This document shows positions 11,790-24,872 of a stretch of DNA of 64,000 bases, one piece after another. The position numbers were made by a program, and so were the translations under genes. Every line of letters begins with the position of its first letter. Positions within the stretch are counted from its first letter, which is position 1. Source of the DNA: Takakia lepidozioides (lineage: Eukaryota > Plantae > Bryophyta); the NCBI GenBank assembly GCA_030704615.1, contig CM060732.1, positions 33,728,001 through 33,792,000 of the forward strand, written 5' to 3'. The notes under the pieces are model-generated. The model was not told the origin of the DNA. It ran no database searches and saw nothing but the letters and a program-made list of their open reading frames with translations.

Positions 11790-11905
11790 CAGGGATGCCT
11801 CGGCGTGAGCCTGGTCACGTGAGCGCGTGAGCGCGACTGCGCTCACGCCACGTCACCTTGCGCAAATGCCACGTCACGGGGCTCAGTCCACGTCATCACA
11901 CGTGG
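11790..11905. repeat. Left TIR/subterminal region of element A (GTGAGC and CCACGTCA motifs)
   Basis: Inverted similarity to 21830-22035. Confidence 0.8.
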
Positions 11906-11989
11906 AGGCCGAGTCACCACGCACCCAGAAAGAAGTGGAGTGTATTCCCGCGGATTGGCACCCTTTACCGCGGAAACAAGCTGGACGAC

Positions 11990-14900
11990 ATAAAACGAAC
12001 CTGTGGACACAGAAAGATCGACCACCCGTGCAGAGCGGTGGCTGCATGACTCCAGCAGTATTTGCATGAATGCTGGTGACTTTTCCTTTGCACCTCTCCA
12101 GGGAGTGCCATCTGGTCTCTTCAGAGTCTGACTGGACTGCATGAAGTTGTACAAAATGTCATCGACATGGGGCTCATAGGGGGGGTTGACGAAACAACCC
12201 TGGTCAGAAATCTCAAAGCTGCGGATGGAGGATGGTGTCTTTGATGTGCGAATCCTCCGCAGGCAGATCGCCTCGAACATCCTCGTCTGCCAAAGATAGC
12301 AGGTTAGTGTGGTAAACACAATCTAAAGTGGAAGTGTGTACATCGGCTATTCAGAACTCTGACACCAAAAAACCATGAATCGTTGATGATCGGTGTCGAT
12401 CATAAAACATTCTACTAGAGTGGAGCTGCAGAGAAAATTGAAACTCATGATCAAAGCATAAGCAGAAGGCAGACGGCATACCAGCTGACCAGGGAAACCC
12501 CCTTTCACAAGGTAGAGGCTGTTCACACAATTCCATGTGCGCAAAACTTCAAACCCTGAAGACTTGAGGTATGATGCCAATGCCCGACGACTATCATTGT
12601 CACATGACTGAAAAAGCAGAAGTGTCCCTGCATCAGAGAGGAAATTGTTACAGAACCCAAATACCCAACTCCAGTAGTTGTCCTCGAATTTGTTCCACCC
12701 TGGCGTCTTGCCCTTTGGAAGAACTTCTGGCACAGCCTGGCCATCCGGGATGTCGAGAATGACAATGTCGGCCGCATAAGTTTTCTGCACACCGCACACG
12801 AAGGTGGGACCTGTGCTCACCTGCAACAGACATGTTTTTTATAAGAACGATGGCAAGAATGTTTTCAAAGAACGAGACTGAAATACTGCCAACGAAACAT
12901 TCAGAGAAAAAGGAAAGAAAATGGAATTCTCACCAGATTGAGGAATGAGATTATATTGTCCCAGGTAGGGGATGGCACCCCAGTGTATCCTCTCTTTCGA
13001 CTCTGCATCATCGAAAGCCAACCCTCATTAACAATTTTCATCTCTCCTGCTGAATCAGAACGGGAAGGGTGTGGCTTGGCATCGAACACGCACTGAAGAG
13101 TGCGGGTATATCTTCCAGCACTAAAGTCCTGCCCACTCTCCATCTCCTTTTCATTCTCCTTCCCCTTGTCCTTTTCCTTCTCTTTGGACTTGTCTTTGTC
13201 CTTTGGCTTTGCTGGTGAGATGGCTATGACATCAACAGCCTTGTCTTTTGGTTTGCGGCCCGCCTTCTTTCCCTTCTGCGGCGTTCCCTGAGCATCAGGC
13301 TCCTTGGCAGCCAAGGTTGCTATGTTTCGTTGATACTCTTCGTCAGTCAAAGGCGCCAGCATCTCAGCGTTATTGTTCAAGTATTTCATATGCTGTTCTT
13401 GAAAGGTCGTGTGCTCAGGTGGGCAGTCAAGGTACCACCCACAGTCTCTGAAGTGAGAAGGACTCCAGTCCTTCAATATCCCTGCAGTATACATGGTTGG
13501 ATCGTTTGCAGGGTCCGACCACATGTCAAGATAGTCGGGAATTCCGCTCAGGTGATTTCCTTCCATAAGCACATATTTCGTGTACCTGAAAAAAGGAGAT
13601 GAATCCCAACCCACAAAAGCGCTCAGTGAGTAAGATGCAAGTAGAACAGAAAGAACATGGATTGAAATGGCTCTGACAACTGCTCCAAGGACCTTTCAGG
13701 ACCACACTACTGCTCCAGATATGAATGTCGTCAACGCCATTCAGAACATTCCATTCCATGACACTGTAAATACATCCTAATCCAGGTGAATGCAAATAAG
13801 CGATTAGAAATGACACAGACATAGAAGTGAATGTCGTCAACGACATTCAAGAATGAAGCCAAATTATTACTGAAATGAAGCAAAATCACAGGATGGAAAT
13901 AAAAAAATTGAGTAAGGAACCATCCAGGAAAACTCAATGCACATTCATAACGAACCTATCACTGAGGACCTCACAACATCACTGTATGTGAATGGCGTCA
14001 ACGCCATTCACAAAAATACAAAAAAGAAACCAATTACTTAGCTCCCCAATCCATGAAAATTGAATTTGTCGTTTTTTAATAATACAGACACAGCTGTGAA
14101 TGTCGTCAACGACATTCACTTTGGATTTCTTAAAACAGAGCTTATGAAGCCTCCATATTCATCGCAAGAGGAAAAACAATGCAGAACAACTGAATGTCTG
14201 CATTGACATTCAGCAAAATGAAGTGATCAACCCTCATTGTATCCTCTATGGACATTACAAAAATTTAAATAACCTTGAGGACCACACAACAACTCCGTAT
14301 GTGAATGTCGTCAACGCCATTCAAGGACATTATCAATTCTAATCAGGGACAATATAATTGCACCCTTAGATCCTAACCAGGTGAATTCATATACTCGCTT
14401 AAGAATGACTCAGACAAAGAAGTGAATGTCGTCAACGACATTCAATCTGGATCTAAGATTGCAATCCATATGAAGCCACAATTTTTCCCCAAAAAAACAG
14501 TAGAGTTTCAAGTATGACATTTCACCTGTACACAACTCGCATCATGGCCCACTCTCCTCCAACCTGACTGTCAAAGTCGTTGGACCGTAAAATGTTACCA
14601 TCTTTGGAGAACTCCCGGAAAAAACAGTATCTCCAGGTGAGACCTCTCCACTTCCTTATGTATGCCTCCAATGACATTTGGGGAGGGGAAACAATCGCAA
14701 TGTTCAGGTCCTTCAAAGTCTGATCCAGCACAATGACGGCGCGCTTTTCGAGCTGCAAATAGTATATTTGTCAGAATTGCAAAAAAGAAACACATCACAT
14801 ACTTGAAGAGAAGAAACAGCATGTTCGAATACACACCTGACTCCAAAATGTAGCCTTGTGGAGCCAGTTATCAAACACCAAATCACTGATTCCTTCCACC

Positions 14901-17113
14901 TTTGTGCCAGGCTGTATGGTGCTCTTTGGGAACTGATTCAAGTCCTTTACTGTTTGATCTGAGTTCCATATCTCCAGCCACCTTATTTTTGTTTGTGGGT
15001 CGACCATCGATATGGCCAGCCGGTGCAATTTCTCCTGCTGCATCTCCGGATGCACATGCTTGTCATAGTGTGTTTTGATCTGCTGAAGGAACTCAGGACC
15101 AAGTCCAGGATCTACTATTCTAAGCTGCTTTCCGAAGGCTGACATCAATTTGGTTCTTCGCATCTCAAACTCCTTCTTTATTGCAGCTTCCACACCCTTT
15201 GATGTCCTTAGTTCCTCTGGTGTAGTGCGGTAATATTCGGATTTTCCCTTCTCAGCTGCCTCTGCCAGTTCTTGCTGCATTCATTCAAGTAGTGATTAGC
15301 TCCGAAGGGACTCTAAACATGTATTCGAAAAGTAAACAGATTACAGACTCGGGCTTACCGCATACATGTACTCCAGAAACGCCTCTCGTGTCAAAGAATA
15401 CCAAGTGCCTGCAGCTCTTCCTGTTTCGCACTTCTTGATGATATTGGGTGGTAGTACTGTCCGAAAATCATCCAGCTTCATCAGACCAATCCTCTGAATT
15501 CGGAATAGTGTGTGAACCAAGCTTGTTGTCACATGCGATTTCTCTGTCGATCTGCAAAAACATTGAAAACATTGCATTCCTTAACACTGTTTTTTGAGGA
15601 TCAACAAGACACTACAGAGGGAATCAAATCTCCTGGATGACTTACTTGTTCACGTCGTGCATAGCTGTAAGAAGCCTAGCGATGTCGTTTCCTGGATCCA
15701 AAACCATTGCCTCCACAGCAACATGCTTGTCTTTGTCTTTCGAATGGTGTTTCTGAATGTATCCCATCCATGCCAGCAATCGGTGGTTGCCGTCCCAGAC
15801 GTAGAACATGTGGTTGCAAAATTGCTGGGTGTTCTTTCCCATCATGAGGCCCAGCTCGAACTCCTCATTGGCATCTTTCCAGCACTCATCCCAGTTATCA
15901 CTGATCTCTGGAGAAACTAATGTGCTTTTCCCATTTATATCCGTCAGTGACACATAAAAAACTTGTGCACCAAGTCTATATCCATGCACAAAATCACTCT
16001 CCAATTTTGTTATGTCATGGGAAAGAGGTGGACGCACAACAGGCATTGATATCATCCGGCACAGAGGTATGTCCAGACGCCCTCCAGATACGAGCATGTC
16101 CCTTATAACCTCCTGAGAGTTTACCTTCTGGAATGACATGAGTTCTTTCACCTTGTCAAGGTAGTGCACTTCGGATTCATCTGCTTCATCTGTATTCTCT
16201 GAGCTTTTTGCGGACTCGTCCCCATCTCCAGATCCTTTCCCCTCTGATCCTGTAGGCTTCGACCTCACAGTTTTCTGCACGATGCCATTCAGTTCTGACT
16301 AAGTGATTTGCAAATAGTGAATGGCGGTAACGACAATCACTCTGTATCAAGGAAACTCACCATGAATGGTGTGAAAGAATTCAGCACAATCTACACATGC
16401 AAAGCCGAGACTGCCGTATTCAAAACAAAAGTGAGAGCGATAGCGAACGGCGTTAACGACAATCACAAAAGATAACAACCTGCCGGATCGGTGTTGTGTA
16501 ATGACATATATGTGCAACTGATTGGCGGCAACGACATTCAGTGTAGTTTAGGGAGAATAGTAAGTGCAGACTCTCTCTTCAAACACATAGGTACATAAAT
16601 CTCATGAGCAGAATCGAATGGCGTTAACGACGCTCGCGATTCAGTAGTTCCTGCTAAAGAATGGAAGAGGAAGGACTCCTTGAAAGGCAATCACATAGAC
16701 TATATGATAAAACTTACTGGCACCTTCTTAGGTTTTGAACTTTGATCCCCTTCTGCAGCTTTCCTCTTCCCTCTCACATCTGCTGGAGTTTCTGTCTGCG
16801 CAAGGGTTTCTTGACCTTCTTCAGGTTCGGCGTTCCGCGTGCTTCCACCTTCTTCAGTGTCCCTGCGATTCATCTCTGCCTCCACAGGCTGGCGCACTCT
16901 TATCGCCGGCTGTGTCGCAGCCGCTGCCTCAGTCTCCGTCTGCTCTTGTGAATCAGTCTCCGCGTTCACCTGCTGCCTTGGCCCTGTGTTCTCCAACAAA
17001 CGACGCCTCGTCATTTTCTCTCTTGCTCTGCGTCTCTCTCTAAGGGAAGTAAAATAAAGAGACTTTCTTCTCTTTCGTATTCTAGAAGGAACCCTCTCCA
17101 GCTTGACTACCAC
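11990..17113 (-). CDS. ParB/Srx-like + amino-DNA-methyltransferase-like protein of element A (multi-exon; last MTase exon apparently missing)
   Basis: Phase-compatible exons ~16294-15646 (FYVWDGNHRLLAW), 15551-15359, 15274-14837, 14752-14526, 13585-12934, 12820-12482 (ADIVILDIPDG) and 12286-~12001 (EKSPAFMQILLESCS..VVDLSVSTG). The first exon (17113-16718) and the 3' end are uncertain. Confidence 0.75.
13722..14445. repeat. Dispersed intronic near-palindromes TGAATGTCGTCAACGACATTCA (7 copies)
   Basis: Copies at ~13722, 13828, 13989, 14097, 14191, 14302 and 14423 within intron 13586-14525; further degenerate copies at ~16318-16640. Confidence 0.85.
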
Positions 17114-17869
17114 TCTCCCTCTAAGCGCGAAAAGTAGAAAAACGCAGTGACTCCCGATTTCTTGCGGGATTGCCTGTGTTCTTGCGTGTCTCTAGAAGCA
17201 TCGGATTCCCTCCCGCGTGACCGTTACACATAGTCGTTTCGTTATTAGTGCACATGCCAGCAATTGGTGTACAGCTGTTCGTATTCAGTTATGGATGTCT
17301 GACGTGTGCCGCCCAAAACAAAACGGCGTGTTCTAAATTATAACTGGTTCAATATTTAAAAAGAACAGCGAATCCCAGAAATTGATGCGCAGTCTTAAAC
17401 AAATAAATATAAATGAACGAGAGTTTGATGACAAATTTTGGAATATCATACACGGTCATCCTTGTTATCCAAACCCCACATTCGTTGCACATTTGGAACT
17501 TTCCAGGTGCGCATGATCATTGGTAGTAGTATATAGATACATTTACTTAATCTGCAATCCCATTCTCGGATCCTGTGGCATGCTTCCAGGAAGTCGGCTT
17601 TGTTATTGGGTTTATTGATGAGGTTCTGATTAACGGTTTAACAGTTGCCGACACTGCCCCTATGGATTCTCTGACCACTGGGCCCACAAGAAAAGTAATT
17701 AAAATGGACGGCTGCATATCTGGAATGAATAACAGAATATGCACAGTCGTTATCTGAGCTTCCTCCGCCATATGCTCTGCTCATTCTTCAACTGTGTTCT
17801 GGAGACAGCAGTAAACCGATTTACACTAGATCTGCGATAGCAAGGTACAAACATACTCGAGGAAGGAAG

Positions 17870-20800
17870 ATGGCTTCCTCTGAAGCGGAGTTCTTCTCAG
17901 ACGACAAACCAGTGCCGTTCTCCCAGGAAGTCCTTGACAATGGATTTGCAATTGTTCTGGAACATGTCTTGGCTACCCGTTTTCAGCTGCAGAATGGCTC
18001 CATCTTTTTGGAGAAAGAGGTTTACGATCTGAAAGGGAAGTTGGTGAAATATTCTTTCCAAAACCGTGATGAGACGGCTCATATCAGCCAGTGGAGAGTG
18101 CGTCCTGGTCGATACAGAGTACTTGGAGAGCCTCGGCGAAAGTCCCTTGGGTCATATGTGACGCCCGGGACTGCTGCTTCGGTCGTTGAAGACAAGAGGG
18201 AGGTGGTGGTGAAAAAAGAACAGACTTCCTCCACTCCAATCGTTGAGCTTTCGGATTCTTCCGATGATGACATAAGTGAAATTCCAAATCCAGTCCTTCC
18301 TACTGTGGTTGCAGAAGCTGATGAAGAAGAGATTTGTAGTGTCATTCCAAAATTGCGGGCGATGGGAGGAATGGCTGGATTCAAAAGTGAGTTGCGGGGA
18401 ATTGATTGGGAATCTTTGAAGCAGGTGCCTGTGAAGTTCTTGCCGGAGACTTTTGATGGCGATATCCTATTCGAGCTGCCTCCTCCTCCGCGAGTTGGAG
18501 GTGTAACAATCATGATGCATGGAATGGACAAGAAACACGACGGGCACCCGTGGTGCAGAACAAAAACATCCAATATTCAGAATGATGACAAGCTTGTTTT
18601 CAGGAGGACAGTTTGCAATGGACACCTTAGGTGTGATAATTTGAATTGCAGACACTTTCTTCAGTCTGGAGTTCATAATCAAAGCGAATGGGAGGGTCTG
18701 GCGGAGAATCCATTTCAGCCTGGGACTGCCCCTCCACCGGCAAACACTTTCGTCTGCAAATTCTGCAAACTTGTGCCATCCTGCTTGGCGCTCTGCGGAG
18801 CAAGAATGTACTATGTTGTCCACCGTTTGAATACAATGACGAGAGCTTGTGTGCATTTTGGATTCCATAACCATCCTGTCTCGAAGGGGGATTACAGGGA
18901 GAGTGTTGAGACAGTATCGAGGTTGATCAAACAGGAGTTCGGGAGAAACCCATCCGCAACAACATCTGCAATTGCTCTTGGCGCAAGCAAGTCCTTCTTG
19001 GAAAGCCATATTTTGAGTGAAGGAGATTCTGTGGGGACTAAACTTGACGGTGCAGCATTGGACCTGGTCATGGATCATTTCTCCACTTTAAGTTCACCTA
19101 ACATTCGGCATCAGATCAATGCATTGAGAATGGGCTCTGGGATCAGAGGCTACATAGACAATATTTTGGAATTGAAACGACTGAGCAAGTACGATTACAT
19201 CCAGGACAATGTATTCCCAGGTCAAGGTGCCATCAAAGTTTTTCTTTTCAAAATGTCGACTGTTGGGGAGGGCAGTGGGGTTAGCCTCGTGAAGCGGATG
19301 CAGAAGACTGGGGACTTGCAGAACTGTTTTCTTATGTTTGATCATGTGAAACGAGTGAAGGATTGGACGACAATGGCTTGTCATGTCTACGATCCAGTGT
19401 ACCAACGAGTTATGACAATTGCAGTTTGTGACATGCAATCCGAGGATACGGAATCCCAGAAGCTCATGTGGAATTCCCTGATACGTGTCATGGGCTGCCA
19501 TGGGCTGCCATCTCCAAATTTCGCAGGTTTCATGGCGGATAGTGCTCAAGCAAATTTCAATGCTATTCGTATTGTCTTCGGATCGGGCGACCCAAAAGTG
19601 CCTATGCCAGGAAGAGAGCGTACATGTCTATTCCATTGGACACAATCTCTGGAAAAACATACAAAGTCGGACATCAAACCAGAGATGCAGACTCAGCACC
19701 GTAAATTGTGCAAAGAGTACAAAGATGCTAGAACAATGAAGGAGGCGGACACTTTGTTCCAGACAATTCGTGCCTGGTGGTTCTCTTCTGGAGCTGCATC
19801 ACTTGAGAGTATGAGAGCATTGGAAGATTGGCTGGCGTTTTGGCACTTCCGGTATAGACAGTGGGGAGCAGCCATGACAATGGTACGAGGCTTCTATTTC
19901 ATGCTTTATTCATACATTTGCTTTCCATATTTTTGACTCATTGCTTTCTTTATGTTGTTTCCTGTGCACTATTCTGAAGTGTGGTTATCCTCTTTGCAGA
20001 ACATGTCCATTGAGGAAATGGCAGACATGCCATCTTGCAATTTGGCAGAAACTGTGCACAATGCATGGTTGCAGCAGTCTGGGAAACGAGGTCGGGATTT
20101 GTATGTGGCAACAACAGATGATTTGATACGTGCCTTGCAACAACAAACCCGATACCGTGATTTCTTACGAGGTGGGGTTGGTGGCAAGGGTCCGGACAAA
20201 TCGGAGTTGATGTTGCGTGCTGCAAACAGATCTGGGGATCCAATCAAGATAGCACGGGCGGTGAGCATGTATGCCCAGGGAACGCCACTTGTTTCTAGAG
20301 TTCCACATCTTGAAGGGGAGGAGAGATTCGGCTCCTGTAAGAGGAAATTGAACACTCCACCTGGTTCGGATTCAGATTCCCACAGGGCAGACCGTGATAA
20401 CTTCTCGAAGCCTCGTGTTCCCCTGCATGACAGCTCCGTGTCCGGAACCTCCATTGTGGAGGAACCTCCAACACGACGGCAAGCTCCAGCATCAAACCGT
20501 GCCACTGAAATGGTGCAGGAGAGAAACAACCCCCTTGATGTGCTTGAGTCCGCATGCCCCGACCACGTTTGGCACATAGAACGCACAAGTGTCGGGTCTC
20601 GTGTGAAATGTACAGCGATCAGGGCAACTAATTTCGAGAAGTGCACTTCATCTATATCCAGAGGTGGTGCCCGAACTCCTGCTCCGACTTTCACGGGCTT
20701 GATGCGTCCATACGGTCAACCAGAAGCCAAGAACCACAAGTTCTGGTTCTGCGCAGATGATTGTGCCAGATGTGTGCATGGAACTGTGCGTCCTTCCGTA

Positions 20801-21385
20801 GTGATGAAGCCATCTCCTCCAACCGTTTGGCCCGTGAAGGTGGGAACACATCTCAGCTTTCAGGAGATTGAAATGCTGGAGGAGGCAGGTTTTTCCCTTG
20901 CGAGACAACCCCAACTCCATGCATGTGCTACTACTCCTGCGTCCTCCCGGGTCCCCCCGGCAAATCCTGACTTGTGGCCAACCAAACGAGATGGAAAGCT
21001 CGTTCGGCGTTTCCCTCCAACCGCTGAACACTTTGGCAAAGTGGAGTCCGCAAGAATGCTCCAAGCTCGTGTCGGAAGCACCACGGAAGTACCCGATCCA
21101 GGATATGGTCGGGTATTCACAATCATCACTTCCACATCTGCTGTTCATGACAGGACCTACGACATCACGGTTTCCAATTTCCCCAATTGCACATGTCCTG
21201 ATTTTGTGAATATGCTATCAACCAGTTTGGGCAAGAGAGGTAAATTCATACCCTGCAAACATTTGTATTTCATATTTTTGAGGAGGATGGTTTGCGATCC
21301 CAAACGTGACAACTTCATTCACCAGGCCACTATGAGTTTCAACGAGGTCGATACTCTTTTGCAGCGGGATACAACACATGGGTAG
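17870..21385 (+). CDS. Mutator-family DDE transposase with GCM/WRKY-like Zn domain and C-terminal SWIM finger; 2 exons, ~1132 aa
   Basis: Exons 17870-19882 and 20000-21385 joined by a phase-0 intron GTACGA..TTGCAG. Motifs: C.GHL.C..HNHP, MFDHVKR (D1), FMADSAQA..NA..VF..CLFHW (D2 + CxxH), CNLAETVHN (E), CTCPDF..CKH (SWIM). No stops. Confidence 0.88.
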
Positions 21386-21829
21386 CATGAACTATGTAAT
21401 GTGGTATGTGGATGACCATGATTTGAAATGTGTAATTCACATCAATTCGTCGGCTGTGCAATGATATGGCCTCCAACTATACGGAGTGAGGTCTGAGTGA
21501 CAACTTTTAGGTAGTGCACATTTGTCATTGCACCGTTCGAAGTCTACATGTCTTGCTGTCGCTATGCACTACAATCATCTTTTGAAGATGATCATAACTC
21601 TCATTGTTATTTGAGGAGGGAGGAAGTCTTCTCGTGGCAGCCTTTATGGCGCACACTTTGTGAGGATATTTTGTCGTCTTCGTAATTGTAAAAGTGAAAC
21701 AAACATTTGTAATTGCACAATGTTGGATGCTGCAATTGTAGGCCTCAACGCTCGTCTTGATTCTATTTAGGCAAGATTCCCTGCATTAATTCCACGGTCA
21801 TAGGACCATCCACGGTTATAGGCGGCGCA

Positions 21830-22035
21830 TGTTAATGCTGACGTGGCAGTTGACGGACAGTGCCACGTCATCATTTACCGCCACATCAGCATGCTGACAT
21901 GACGCTCACGCCACGTCAGCATGTGTGCAGGCTCACGCCACGTCAGCTGGCGTGAGCGTACGCTCACGCCACGTCACTCCTGCGTGAGCGTACGCTCGCG
22001 CGCTCACGTGCAACGCTCACGCCATTGCGTCGTTG
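21830..22035. repeat. Right TIR/subterminal repeats of element A (GCTCACGCCACGTCA)
   Basis: Tandem and inverted GCTCAC / CCACGTCA motifs ending ..GCGTCGTTG immediately before the TSD. Confidence 0.8.
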
Positions 22036-22044
22036 CCCTGTGAA
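22036..22044. other. 9-bp target site duplication CCCTGTGAA (right copy)
   Basis: Identical to 11781-11789. Confidence 0.9.
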
Positions 22045-24871
22045 TGTTGGAGCTGGAGTCCCCCTGGAGCCTTTGCATATTTTTGATTTGCATTTCTTGA
22101 AAGAGGGGGTCCGAATTGCCATGCAAGCAACTCTAGATCCTGGTGGGGTGCGTTCTATATGCCACTCACTATCAATGCAATCAGATTCCTGCACCATGGC
22201 CACCACATTCCTGCTGCTGTGCTTGCATATTCTGCACCTGCTCCACAGGAGGAGGACCCACCTGGGAGGGGCCGGCACACGACTTAGTCTGCACTGGAGA
22301 CACCTTTGGCACAGAGAAATTGACCCTGTCTGGGCGATGGGAATCTCCATCTGACCCTGGAAGAGTGTTCAATTTCCTTTTGCATGATCCAAATCTTTCC
22401 TCGCCTTCCAAATGAGGGAGCCTGGATTGCAAAGGGGAGCCTTCAGTGCACCTGTTCAGAGCTCTGGCCATCTTGGATGGGTCTCCGGACCTACTCGCAG
22501 CCCTTAGCATCAACAAAGTCGTACCGGGGCCCTTGCCTCCACCCCGTCCCATCAAAAAATTGCGGTACCTGGTTTGTTGTGTAAGTGCCCGCACCATGTC
22601 ATCAGCAGTGGCCGCATACAAGTCACGACCTGCTTTGGTAGATTGCTGCATCCAGGCGTTATGAACAGTCTCCGCCAAATTACAGGATGGCATGTCGGCC
22701 AAGTCCTCCAAGGACATGTCCTGCAGGAGGCATTGCATGGAAATGTGAGGAAGGAAAGGAAATGGAAGAGGTTCTGCAAGCGACAATCCAAGAACCCCAA
22801 ATGAAGAGGCACGATGCAAAATTTCTGATTTTGGGATTCAAGAGGCTTACCGTCGTCATGAAAGCTCCCCACTGTCTGTATCTGAAGTGCCAGAAAACCA
22901 ACCAGTCCTCCAACTCCTTCAGGTGGATACCAGTAGCAGCACCAGAGGAGAACCACCAAGCCCGGATTGCTTGGTAAGTGCTCTCAGCTTCTCCATTGAG
23001 TTGGCATTTTTGTACTTGAGACAGAGCCTTTTGTGCTCCAACTGAAGGTCAGGGCGAATGCAGCGCTTTGTATGACGTGCCAGAGATTGACTCCAATGGA
23101 AGAGGCATGTGCGCTCCCTATTTTCCATTGGGACCTTAGGATCCCCCGAACCAAACACGCGCCGCACTGCATTGAAATTTGCCTGTGCACTATCAGCCAT
23201 GAAGCCCACAAAATTTGTGTTCTGTATTCCATTGCGCTGCATGACGGCCAGGAACGAATTCCACATGAGCATCTGGGATTCAGTGTCCTCCGACTGCATA
23301 TCACAAATTGCTATTGAGAGCACACGCTGGTACGCTGGATCATACACATGGCACGCCATGGTTGTCCAACCCTTCACCCGTTTGCAGTGATCAAACATCA
23401 ACCAACATTTAGCCAAATCTCCTCCAGGTTGCATTCGGCGGACAATGCTCACACCACTGCCTTCGCCCACTGCAGACATCTTGAACAAATACACCTTGGA
23501 CGAGCCTTGGCCGGGGAAGATACTGTTTTGAATGAATTCATAGTGACTTCTCTGTTTGAGGTCCATAATGTCGTCCATGAATCCAGCAGTGCCTGTGCCG
23601 ACTCTGAGTGCATTCACCTGGTTTCAAATATTGGGAGAGCTCAACACGGAGAAATGGTCCATCACTGCATCAAGCGAATCTGCATCCAGCATTGGTTGTG
23701 TCGAATCCCCTTCACCCAATATGTGTTTTTCCAGGAAAGCCTTGCTAGCTGCAAGTGCTATAGCAGAAGGTGTTGCACAAGGGGCATTGTGGAACTCCTG
23801 CTTCAGCAGATTTCTAGCGATGTCCACGCTATCCCTGCAACTTCCTTTGGACACATGATGCTCGTGTGCACCCATATGAATGCAGGCACGAGTCATTGTC
23901 TTGCATCGGTGTGCCACCTGGTACATACGAGCGTGGCACACAGAAACACAAGACGGGGAAAGTTTGCAGAACCTGCACACAAAAGTATTGGTCTTGGGAG
24001 GGGCAAGTCCTGGGGTGAAAGGATTCAAGGGCACACCTTCCCACTCACTTTCGTTTGGTTGAGCGCTGTTTCTCAGGCGAGGGCAAGATATATTCAGGCA
24101 CTTGCAATGCCCAACGCAAACCGACCTTCGAAATTTCAATCCAATGTTGTTGTGGATGTTTGACGTTTTTGTCCTGCACCAAGGGTGTCCGTCATGTTTC
24201 TTGTCCATGCCCTGCAGAAGCCCAACCAGTCCATTGGAAGACGTGGGAGGGTTGAGCTCAAACAAGATGTCCCCATCAAACTCTGCTGGCATGTATTGAA
24301 CCCGCTGCACACGAAGGGACTCCCAATCAACAAAACGCAGCTCGCTCTTGCACCCAGGCACTATTGCGAGGGCTTTCAATTTTGGAATGACACTCGTTAT
24401 CTCTTGCAATTCGGATTCATCCAAGAATGGAGTCTGCACTGGCGGAGGAATCTCATAAACATCCTCCGAGGATGAGTCTGAAAGAGTCACGAATGTAGTG
24501 GATGTGCTCACCTCTTGTTTCACATGAACTGTGCCATTTTGCTGCACGACCGATGCTGCAGTTCCAGGGGTAATGACTGATCCTGCTGATTGTCTTCTCT
24601 CTTTTCCAAGGACACGGTATGTGCCTAGAAGGACTCTCCACTTCCTTCCACACTCGCCAACCAATGGTTTCTCCAAATGTCCAGAATCCAAATTCCCATC
24701 CTCGTCATACACCTCTTTTTGAACAAGTAGAGAACCCAATTCCAGTGGGAATACTGTAACCAGCTCATCCTCATGACCAACTGCAAACCCATTGTCGTCT
24801 GCAGTGGCAGTCAGTGGAAGACTACCTGCATTGGAATGAAATCGGGCTAGTCTATCTCTCTCCCTAGACAT
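22036..24871 (-). pseudogene. Element D transposase, 5' and catalytic part
   Basis: ORFs 24871-23624, 23617-22919 and 22819-22181 are homologous to 17870-21385. Intron at the same position (22850-22721); premature stop at 23624 and frameshifts. Confidence 0.88.
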
Positions 24872-24872
24872 G

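Larger units (their letters stand above)
11790..22035. mobile_element. Full-length (10,246 bp) Mutator-like element A with transposase (+) and ParB-MTase gene (-)
   Basis: 9-bp TSD. Imperfect TIRs: CAGGGATGCCTCGGCGTGAGCCTGGTCACGTGAGCGCGTGAGCG versus reverse-complemented right end CAACGACGCAATGGCGTGAGCGTTGCACGTGAGCGCGCGAGCG. Removing it restores element D's reading frame (PAPT-FTG-LFRPY). Confidence 0.9.
10643..24872 (-). mobile_element. MULE-like element D, interrupted by element A and cut by a gypsy LTR at 24873
   Basis: Terminus CAACGTAGCTACGGCGTGAGC at 10643 with GTGAGC repeats resembles the element A TIR. Its transposase is split into 22036-24871 and ~11090-11789. Confidence 0.7.

Noticed and set aside
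12176-12190. Literal NPPY in the element A MTase as the catalytic motif
   Set aside because: It is not conserved in copy B (AAVDPVTY) and lies in the variable region; the aligned motif IV position is DIPD. A structural model would settle it.
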